From: the human T2T-CHM13v2.0 reference genome, Homo sapiens
NCBI RefSeq assembly: GCF_009914755.1
Contig: NC_060928.1
Strand: one strand, 5' to 3'
DNA length: 64,000 nucleotides
In this document: piece after piece, positions 47,446 to 61,000 of the stretch
Layout of the letters: each line of letters opens with the position of its first letter
Numbering within the stretch: position 1 is the stretch's first letter
Notes under the pieces: model-generated
What the model saw: only the letters and a program-made list of their open reading frames with translations
What the model was told of the DNA's origin: nothing
Databases searched by the model: none
Translations under genes and position numbers: made by a program

Positions 47446-48994
47446 TGCGCGGCAGGCCAATTCTCCGTGACGATCACACAGACAGGCCTGCATGACGGTC
47501 ACACAGACAGGCCTCCTGACGATCACACAGACAGGCCTCCTGACGGTCACACAGACAGGCCTCCTGATGGTCACATAGACAGGCCTGCATGACGGTCACA
47601 CAGACAGGCCTCCTGACGGTCACACAGACAGGCCTGCATGACGGTCACACAGACAGGCCTCCTGACGGTCACACAGACAGGCCTCCTGATGGTCACACAG
47701 ACAGGCCTGCATGACGGTCACACAGACAGGCCTCCTGATGGTCGAACAGACAGGCCTCCTGACAGTCACACAGACAGGCCTCCTGACGGTCACACAGACA
47801 GGCCTGCATGACGGTCACACAGACAGGCCTCCTGACGGTCACACAGACAGGCCTGCATGACGGTCACACAGACAGGCCTCCTGACGATCACACAGACAGG
47901 CCTCCTGACGATCACACAGACAGGCCTCCTGACGATCACACAGACAGGCCTCCTGACGGTCGCACAGACAGGCCTGCATGACGGTCACACAGACAGGCCT
48001 CCTGATGGTCGAACAGACAGGCCTCCTGATGGTCACACAGACAGGCCTCCTGACGGTCACACAGACAGGCCTCCTGATGGTCACACAGACAGGCCTGCAT
48101 GACGGTCACACAGACAGGCCTCCTGATGGTCGAACAGACAGGCCTCCTGACGGTCACACAGACAGGCCTCCTGACGGTCACACAGACAGGCCTGCATGAC
48201 GGTCACACAGACAGGCCTCCTGACGATCACACAGACAGGCCTCCTGACGATCACACAGACAGGCCTCCTGACGGTCGCACAGACAGGCCTGCATGACGGT
48301 CACACAGACAGGCCTCCTGATGGTCACACAGACAGGCCTGCAGAGCGCTCCAGTTACACAGATAGATTTCCACAGCACGGCCGTCACATGGAACGAATAG
48401 TTAAACCTAGGGAAATCAGTGCCCAGACGTCAAAGCTAGAAATGAAACATAAGACGGTCAGTAGGAGCCTTACATGGCCTTCTCCCTAACCTGGAGCAAG
48501 CTGAAATAATAGACAGTTTTACATTCCTAGTGCCAGGACCCGTCTCGGGTCGACAAAATCTGAGACGAGTCAAGGTAACAGAGGCAGCTGTTTGAATAGA
48601 TTCATTGGAGGGTCTAAGGTAGCTCTCTGGGCCAAGCTGTAAAGGAGATGAAGTAGAAATGATCACTCCGGTGCCACAGTAGACGGGCCTTGAAGGTACT
48701 GGGGCCTCACAGCTCAATCGAACTTAGCAAGCATTTCTTTGCCTCTGACCTTCTAGTTGAAACAAAATTCGTTACCAATAGACTTAGGCAATGCTATACT
48801 GCACGCAGGCGCATAACCTCAACCTATATTAGCACTAAGAAAATTGTAACAATTTGAGTTGGTCTGGTGGAATTATCTCTGGCCTTCTCCCTGCATCCGG
48901 TTACAGCAATAAATTCCCTTCTTTCCTAGTTTGTCTGCTTCTTATTATTGGGCCCCAAGAAAACGCAGCGAGACCCAGCTTGGTTCTGCGAACA
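47446..48994 (+). mobile_element. ERV solo LTR (subfamily not determined) with internal VNTR
   Basis: TG start and CA end; CCAAT 48775-48779; TATA-like 48825-48831; AATAAA 48908-48913. Confidence 0.75.
47469..48341. repeat. 24/25-bp VNTR, ~36 copies (gacggtcacacagacaggcct[cct|gcat])
   Basis: Direct tandem periodicity with two length variants. Confidence 0.97.
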
Positions 48995-49439
48995 CTTGTG
49001 CACCAGAATCGAAGGTAAGGCAATAAAAGACCTTGATCTTTATTATATCCTGCGAGCCAAGAATAATGACTGTCTTTTTCTGGGAAATAAAATAAATAAA
49101 TAAACACACATAAGAAGAGATGGAGAAAATTATCTCAAATTTCCAAAAAAAAAAAAAAAAAATCTCGTTTTCCCTCACCTGAAGATGATAAAACAAGGCA
49201 TTAAAGTAGCACAGACTGATGATCCTGGTGTAATGCAGGCTGTGTATCTTGGTTTTCCCTGTAAGGTACCCTGCCAGCTCCCAGCTAGGACTCTAGGCAT
49301 CCTCCACACTCCTCCCTGCCCCAGGCACGTTTCCTTGATGCTGCGAGGAGCACGTGGAAGGAATAAGGGCATTGCGGTTCACTGCCGTCCCAGAAAAGCT
49401 GCTGTCCCTGTCGCTGATGTCTAAGAGTAGTCTGGCACT

Positions 49440-50085
<646 letters not shown>

Positions 50086-50526
50086 TTTTACCCATACTTA
50101 GTTTTTGTTTTCCTTCCAGAGGAAAGAAGAAACAAATGCCAATCTAAAAACATATGGAGTTTCTATAGTCAGTCTATTTTTTCTTGGCCGATCAATTGAT
50201 CAGTAATAACTTTGCACTTAGCATGACCTAGGTAATGACATTATTTCTATCATTATTGCATTTTCCCTATTTGGATAATCAATTAAGTCAACAGTATTTA
50301 GAATTTTGCTGCTCAGACTGAGTCACTGGAAAAAAAAAAATAAGCCAGTGAAAATATAGACCCCAGATTAGAGGCCCAGTCGGGATCAGGCCGTGGCTGA
50401 CGGAGTGGAGTGGAAGCCGCAAGAACAGGGAGAGGCTCCTGCGCTGACCCAGGGAAGTGTGCTCCGGCAGGCGCTGCATCTCTCCTTTGCTCAGACACCC
50501 AATGCTTGAATGCTTGGAACAACTGT

Positions 50527-50852
<326 letters not shown>

Positions 50853-51110
50853 TTTTTTTTTTTTTTTTTTTAGATGGAGTTTTGCTCTTGTCACCCAGGA
50901 TGGAGTGCAGTGACACAATCTCTGCTCACCGCAACCTCCACCTCCCAGGTTCAAGTGATTCTCCTGCCTCAGCCTCCTGAGTAGCTGGGATTACAGGTGC
51001 CACCATGCCCAGCTAATTTATTTACTTAATTATTGTATTTTTAGTAGAGATGGGGTTTCACCATGTTGGCAAGGCTTGAACTCCTGTCCACAGGTTATCC
51101 ACCTGCCTTG
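50853..51110 (-). mobile_element. AluS, 5'-truncated, directly abutting the previous Alu
   Basis: T tail begins immediately after the head of the preceding Alu. Confidence 0.9.
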
Positions 51111-51189
51111 ATATTTAAAAAATATCTACTGTAAAAATGTGCTTAGTGAGGAACACGTATGCACGCTGGCTAGAGAGAATCAAAATAGG

Positions 51190-51385
51190 CTCTGCATCAA
51201 TTAGTCAAATTAGTCCAGAAACTGTTCTACAAACGAGCACTGGACTTGGAGAAGCCCACGCCAGCCCTTGACATCCGGGTTACTACAGGAAAACTGCCTG
51301 CCTCCCAGGGCTCTTGTTTTCTAATCTTGAAATGAGGAATTGGAGTAAGAAACTCTAGTACCCATTCGTATTTTAACATTTATTG
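51190..51385 (+). mobile_element. MIR fragment
   Basis: gagcactggacttggaga...ctcttgttttctaatcttgaaatgagg. Confidence 0.5.
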
Positions 51386-52057
51386 GTTCTGAATGTTCTT
51401 ACCTCCTTGTAGTGCTGAGCCAGTTTCTGCAGATAATCTAATATGCATATTTCCATCAGCCCCAAAAGGCAGGTCTGCTGGAAGAGTGGAGGAAGGACAG
51501 GCGCTCATCGAGTAATCGCCAAGGAGAGGCATTTAGATATTCCGGCTACTTAACTTAGAAAATTAATATTAAGTATCATTAGCATTGGCATGATTGTTCA
51601 AATGACATTATCAATTTCTAATAAATAGATCAAAAACTCATGCATGGATTCAGCAGTTATTCAGTAGGTGTCAAATGGTCTGTGTTCAAATATTTGAAGT
51701 CTAGCGGTGGGGGTACTATTTAAGACATCACAAGACAGTACTGCATCAACAGCAAATAAGCTGGTTAGTTCAGGAAAGAGGAGAGTTCATCTGGACGTGT
51801 GTATTTCATAAGGTCCCGATGGGGACAGCGGCACTCATACGTGGTCTTAGAGAATGTATGTGGCTTGAATAAGTGGGGGAGCGTTCAAAGGACATTCCCT
51901 GGGGGCTGAGATAGCGAAGGGGGACAAACCTTCTCGAGGAAGAGTGCCTGCCCATCTGAACACAACAGAAGCTTCCTCTGGGCCAGTGGAATGGCAGTGG
52001 GAAGGGAGCCTCGGCACCCACTTCTGGAGACAGGACATGTCAAGCTCAACTGTCAGT

Positions 52058-55000
52058 AATGACCCACGCATAACTATCATACTTCCCAATGCTGTGCACA
52101 CACGGCATTACCCACCCATAACCATCATACATCCTAACACTGCACACAGGGCATTACCCACCCATAACCATCATACTTCCTAACACCGCACACACGACAT
52201 TACCCACCCATAACCATCATACTTCCTAACACCGCACACACGACATTACCCACCCATAACCATCATACTTCCTAACGCCCCACACACGACATTACCCACC
52301 CATAACCATCATACTTCCTAACGCCCCACACACGACATTACCCACCCATAACCATCATACTTCCTAACGCCCCACACACGGCATTACCCACCCATAACCA
52401 TCATACTTCTTAACGCCCCACACATGACATTACCCACCCATAACCATCATACTTCCTAACGCCGCACACACGACATTACCCACCCATAACCATCATACTT
52501 CTTAACGCCCCACACACGACATTACCCACCCATAACCATCATACTTCCTAACACCCCACACACGACATTACCCACCATAACCATCATACTTCCTAATGCC
52601 CCACACACGACATTACCCACCCATAACCATCATACTTCTTAACGCCCCACACACGACATTACCCACCCATAACCATCATACTACCTAACGCCGCACACAC
52701 GACATTGCCCACCCATAACCATCCTACTACCTAACACCCCACACACGACATTACCCACCCATAACCATCATACTTCCTAACGCCGCACACACGACATTAC
52801 CCACCCATAACCATCATACTTCCTAACGCCGCACACACGACATTACCCACCCATAACCATCATACTTCCTAACGCCGCACACACGACATTACCCACCCAT
52901 AACCATCATACTTCCTAACGCCGCACACACGACATTACCCACCCATAACCATCATACTTCCTAACGCCGCACACACGACATTACCCACCCATAACCATCA
53001 TACTTCTTAACGCCCCACACACAACATTACCCACCCATAACCATCATACTTCCTAACACCCCACACACGACATTACCCAACCATAACCATCATACTTCCT
53101 AACGCCGCACAAACGACATTACCCACCCATAACCATCATACTACCTAACGCCGCACACACGACATTACCCACCCATAACCATCATACTTCCTAACGCCGC
53201 ACACACGACATTACCCACCCATAACCATCATACTTCCTAACGCCCCACACACGACATTACCCACCCATAACCATCATACTTCCTAACGCCCCACACACGA
53301 CATTACCCACCCATAAGTATCATACTTCCTAACGCTGCACACACAACATTACCCACCCATAAGTATCATACTTCCTAACGCTGTGCACACGACATTACCC
53401 ACCCATAACCATCATACTTCCTAACGCTGCACACACGACATTACCCACCCATACCCATCATACTTCCTAACGCCGCACACAAGACATTACCCACCCATAA
53501 CCATCATACTTCCTAACGCCCCACACACGACATTACCCACCCATAACCATCATACTTCCTAACGCCCCACACACGACATTACCCACCCATAACCACCGTA
53601 CTTCCTAACGCCCCACACACGACATTACCCACCCATAACCATCATACTTCTTAACGCCCCACACACGACATTACCCACCCATAACCATCATACTTCCTAA
53701 CGCTGTGCACACGACATTACCCACCCATAACCATCATACTTCCTAACGCTGCACACACAACATTACCCACCCATAACCATCATACTTCCTAACGCCCCAC
53801 ACACGACATTGCCCACTCATAACCATCATACTTCCTAACGCCCCACACACGACATTACCCACCCATAACCATCATACTTCCTAACGCCCCACACACGACA
53901 TTACCCACCCATAACCATCATACTTCCTAACGCCCCACACACGACATTACCCACCCATAACCATCATACTGCCTAACGCTGTGCACACGACATTACCCAC
54001 CCATAACCATCATACTTCCTAACGCTGCACACACAACATTACCCACCCATAACCATCATACTTCCTAACGCCCCACACACGACATTGCCCACTCATAACC
54101 ATCATACTTCCTAACGCCCCACACACGACATTACCCACCCATAACCATCATACTTCCTAACGCCCCACACACGACATTACCCACCCATAACGACCGTACT
54201 TCCTAACGCCCCACACACAACATTACCCACCCATAACCATCATACTTCCTAACGCCCCACACACGACATTACCCACCCATAACCATCATACTTCCTAACG
54301 CCCCACACACGACATTACCCACCCATAACCACCGTACTTCCTAACGCCCCACACACGACATTACCCACCCATAACCACCGTACTTCCTAACGCCCCACAC
54401 ACGACATTACCCACCCATAACCATCATACTTCTTAACGACCCACACACGACATTACCCACCCATAAGTATCATACTTCCTAACGCTGTGCACACGACATT
54501 ACCCACCCATAACCATCATACTTCCTAACGCCGCACACACGACATTACCCACTCATAACCATCATACTTCCTAACGCCGCACACACGACATTACCCACCC
54601 ATAACCATCATACTTCCTAACGCCCCACACACGACATTACCCACTCATAACCATCATACTTCCTAACGCTGTGCACACGACATTACCCACTCATAACCAT
54701 CATACTTCCTAACGCCCCACACACGACATTACCCACCCATAACCATCATACTTCCTAACGCCCCACACACGACATTACCCACCCATAACCACCATACTTC
54801 CTAACGCCCCACACACGACATTACCCACCCATAACCACCGTACTTCCTAACGCCCCACACACGACATTACCCACCCATAACCATCATACTTCCTAACGCC
54901 CCACACACGACATTACCCACCTATAACCATCATACTTCCTAACGCCCCACACACGACATTACCCACCCATAACCACCGTACTTCCTAACGCCCCACACAC

Positions 55001-58000
55001 GACATTACCCACCCATAACCATCATACTTCTTAACGCCCCACACACGACATTACCCACCCATAAGTATCATACTTCCTAACGCCCCACACACGACATTAC
55101 CCACCCATAACCATCATACTTCTTAACGCCCCACACACGACATTACCCACCCATAACCATCATACTTCCTAACGCTGCACACACGACATTACCCACCCAT
55201 AACCATCATACTTCCTAACGCCCCACACACGACATTACCCACTCATAACCATCATACTTCCTAACGCCGCACACACGACATTACCCACCCATAACCATCA
55301 TACTTCCTAACGCCCCACACACGACATTACCCACCCATAACCATCATACTTCCTAACGCCCCACACACGACATTACCCACCCATAACCATCATACTTCCT
55401 AACGCCGCACACACGACATTACCCACCCATAACCATCATACTTCCTAACGCCCCACACACGACATTACCCACCCATAACCATCATACTTCCTAACGCCCC
55501 ACACACGACATTACCCACCCATAAACATCATACTTCCTAACGCCCCACACACGACATTACCCACCCATAACCATCATACTTCCTAACGCCCCACACACAA
55601 CATTACCCACCCATAACCACCGTACTTCCTAACGCCCCACACACGACATTACCCACCCATAACCATCATACTTCCTAACGCCCCACACACGACATTACCC
55701 ACCCATAAGTATCATACTTCCTAACGCTGTGCACACGACATTACCCACCCATAACCATCATACTTCCTAACGCTGCACACACAACATTACCCACCCATAA
55801 CCATCATACTACCTAACGCCCCACACACGACATTACCCACCCATAAGTATCATACTTCCTAACGCCCCACACACGACATTACCCACCCATAACCATCATA
55901 CTACCTAATGCCCCACACACGACATTACCCACCCATAACCATCATACTTCCTAACGCCCCACACACGACATTACCCACCCATAACCATCATACTTCCTAA
56001 CGCCCCACACACAATATTACCCACCCATAACCACCATACTTCCTAACGCCCCACACACGACATTACCCACCCATAACCATCATACTTCTTAACGCCCCAC
56101 ACACGACATTACCCACCCATAAGTATCATACTTCCTAACGCTGTGCACACGACATTACCCACCCATAACCATCATACTTCCTAACGCTGCACACACAACA
56201 TTACCCACCCATAACCATCATACTTCTTAACGCCCCACACACGACATTACCCACCCATAACTATCATACATCCTAATGCCCCACACACGACATTACCCAC
56301 CCATAACCATCATACTTCCTAACGCCCCACACACGACATTACCCACCCATAACCAACATACTTCCTAACGCCCCACACACGACATTACCCACTCATAACC
56401 ATCATACTTCCTAACGCCCCACACACGACATTACCCACCCATAACCATCATACTTCCTAACGCCCCACACACGACATTACCCACCCATAACCATCATACT
56501 TCCTAACGCCCCACACACAACATTACCCACCCATAACCATCATACTTCCTAACGCCCCACACACGACATTACCCACTCATAACCATCATACTTCCTAATG
56601 CCCCACACACGACATTACCCACCCATAACCATCATACTTCTTAACGCCCCACACACGACATTACCCACCCATAACCATCATACTTCCTAACGCCCCACAC
56701 ACAACATTACCCACCCATAACCATCATACTTCCTAACGCCCCACACACGACATTACCCACTCATAACCATCATACTTCCTAATGCCCCACACACGACATT
56801 ACCCACCCATAACCATCATACTTCTTAACGCCCCACACACGACATTACCCACCCATAACCATCATACTTCCTAACGCCCCACACACGACATTACCCACCC
56901 ATAACCATCATACTTCCTAACGCCCCACACACGACATTACCCACACATAACCATCATACTTCCTAACGCCCCACACACGACATTACCCACCCATAACCAC
57001 CGTACTTCCTAACGCCCCACACACAACATTACCCACCCATAACCATCATACTTCCTAACGCCCCACACACGACATTACCCACCCATAACCATCGTACTTC
57101 CTAACGCCCCACACACGACATTACCCACCCATAACCACCGTACTTCCTAACGCCCCACACACAACATTACCCACCCATAACCATCATACTTCCTAACGCT
57201 GCACACACAACATTACCCACCCATAACCATCATACTTCCTAACGCCCCACACACGACATTACCCACCCATAACCATCATACTTCCTAACGCCGCACACAC
57301 GACATTACCCACACATAACCATCATACTTCCTAACGCCCCACACACGACATTACCCACCCATAACCACCGTACTTCCTAACGACCCACACACGACATTAC
57401 CCACCCATAACCATCATACTTCTTAACGCCCCACACACGACATTACCCACCCATAACCATCATACTTCTTAACGCCCCACACACGACATTACCCACCCAT
57501 AAGTATCATACTTCCTAACGCTGTGCACACGACATTACCCACCCATAACCATCATACTTCCTAACGCCCCACACACAACATTACCCACCCATAACCATCA
57601 TACTTCCTAACGCCCCACACACGACATTACCCACCCATAACCATCATACTTCCTAACGCCCCACACACAACATTACCCACCCATAACCATCATACTTCCT
57701 AACACCCCACACACGACATTACCCACCCATAACCATCATACTTCCTAACGCCCCACACACGACATTACCCACCCATAACCATCATACTTCCTAACGCCCC
57801 ACACACGACATTACCCACCCATAACCATCATACTTTCTAACACCCCACACACGACATTACCCACCCATAACCATCATACTTCCTAACGCCCCACACACGA
57901 CATTACCCACCCATAACCATCATACTTCCTAACGCCGCACACACGACATTACCCACCCATAACCACCGTACTTCCTAACGCCCCACACACGACATTACCC

Positions 58001-61000
58001 ACCCATAACCATCATACTTCCTAACGCCGCACACACGGCATTACCCACCCATAACCATCATACTTCCTAACGCCCCACACACGGCATTACCCACTCATAA
58101 CCATCATACTTCCTAACACCCCACACACGACATTACCCACCCATAACCATCATACTTCCTAACGCGGCACACACGGCATTACCCACTCATAACCATCATA
58201 CTTCCTAACGCCCCACACACGGCATTACCCACCCATAACCATCATACTTCCTAACGCCCCACACACGACATTACCCACCCATAACCATCATACTTCCTAA
58301 CGCCCCACACACGACATTACCCACCCATAACCATCATACTTCCTAATGCCCCACACACGACATTACCCACCCATAACCATCATACTTCCTAACGCCCCAC
58401 ACACGACATTACCCACCCATAACCATCATACTTCCTAACGCCCCACACACGACATTACCCACCCATAACCATCATACTTCCTAATGCCCCACACACGACA
58501 TTACCCACCCATAACCATCATACTTCCTAACGCTGCACACACGACATTACCCACCCATAACCATCATACTTCTTAACGCCCCACACACGACATTACCCAC
58601 CCATAAGTATCATACTTCCTAATGCCCCACACACGACATTACCCACCCATAACCATCATACTTCCTAACGCTGCACACACGACATTACCCACCCATAACC
58701 ATCATACTTCTTAACGCCCCACACACGACATTACCCACCCATAAGTATCATACTTCCTAACGCTGTGCACACGACATTACCCACCCATAACCATCATACT
58801 ACCTAACGCCCCACACACGACATTACCCACCCATAACCATCATACTTCCTAACGCCCCACACACGACATTACCCACTCATAACCATCATACTTCCTAACG
58901 CCCCACACACGACATTACCCACCCATAACCATCATACTTCCTAACGCCCCACACACGACATTACCCACCCATAACCATCATACTACCTAACGCCGCACAC
59001 ACGACATTACCCACCCATAACCATCATACATCCTAACGCCCCACACACGACATTACCCACCCATAAGTATCATACTTCCTAACGCTGTGCACACGACATT
59101 ACCCACTCATAACCATCATACTTCCTATCGCCCCACACACGACATTACCCACCCATAACCATCATACTTCCTAACGCCCCACACACGACATTACCCACCC
59201 ATAACCATCATACTTCCTAACGCCCCACACACGACATTACCCACTCATAACCATCATACTTCCTAACGCCCCACACACGACATTACCCACCCATAACCAT
59301 CATACTTCCTAACGCCCCACACACGACATTACCCACCCATAACCATCATACTTCCTAACGCCCCACACACGACATTACCCACCCATAACCATCATACTTC
59401 CTAACGCCCCACACACGACATTACCCACCCATAACCATCATACTTCCTAACGCCCCACACACGACATTACCCACCCATAACCATCATACTTCTTAACGCC
59501 CCACACACGACATTACCCACCCATAACCATCATACTTCTTAACGCCCCACACACGACATTACCCACCCATAACCATCATACTTCTTAACGCCCCACACAC
59601 GACATTACCCACCCATAACCATCATACTTCTTAACGCCCCACACACGACATTACCCACCCATAAGTATCATACTACCTAACACCCCACACACGACATTAC
59701 CCACCCATAACCATCATACTTCCTAATGCCCCACACACGACATTACCCACCCATAACCATCATACTTCCTAACGCTGTGCACACGACATTGCCCACCCAT
59801 AACCATCATACTTCCTAACGCGGCACACACGACATGACCCACCCATAACCATCATACTTCCTAACGCCCCACACACGACATTACCCACCCATAACCATCA
59901 TACTTCCTAACGCCGCACACACGACATTACCCACCCATAACCATCATACTTCCTAACGCCCCACACACGACATTACCCACTCATAACCATCATACTTCCT
60001 AACGCCCCACACACGACATTACCCACCCATAACCATCATACTTCCTAATGCCCCACACACGACATTACCCACCCATAACCATCATACTTCCTAACGCCCC
60101 ACACACGACATTACCCACCCATAACCATCATACTTCCTAACGCTGTGCACACGACATTACCCACCCATAACCATCATACTTCCTAACGCTGCACACACAA
60201 CATTACCCACCCATAACCATCATACTTCCTAACGCCCCACACACGACATTACCCACCCATAACCATCATACTTCCTAAGGCTGCACACACGACATTACCC
60301 ACCCATAACCATCATACTTCCTAACGCCCCACACACGACATTACCCACCCATAACCATCATACTTCCTAACGCCCCACACACGACATTACCCACCCATAA
60401 CCACCGTACTTCCTAACGCCCCACACACGACATTACCCACCCATAACCATCATACTTCTTAACGCCCCACACACGACATTACCCACCCATAACCATCATA
60501 CTTCTTAACGCCCCACACACGACATTACCCACCCATAAGTATCATACTTCCTAACGCTGTGCACACGACATTACCCACCCATAACCATCATACTTCCTAA
60601 TGCTGCACACACGACATTACCCACCCATAACCATCATACTTCCTAACGCCCCACACACGACATTACCCACCCATAACCATCATACTTCCTAACGCCCCAC
60701 ACACGACATTACCCACCCATAACCATCATACTTCCTAACGCCCCACACACGACATTACCCACTCATAACCATCATACTTCCTAACGCCATGCACACATGG
60801 CATTACCCACCCATAACCATCATACTTCCTAACGCCGCACACACGACATTACCCACCCATAACCACCATACTTCCTAACGCCCCACACACGACATTACCC
60901 ACCCATAACCATCATACTTCCTAACGCCCCACACACGACATTACCCACCCATAACCATCATACTTCGTAACGCCCCACACACGACATTACCCACCCATAA

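Noticed and set aside
47839-48489. Repetitive ORFs on both strands
   Set aside because: Translations of the 24/25-bp VNTR.
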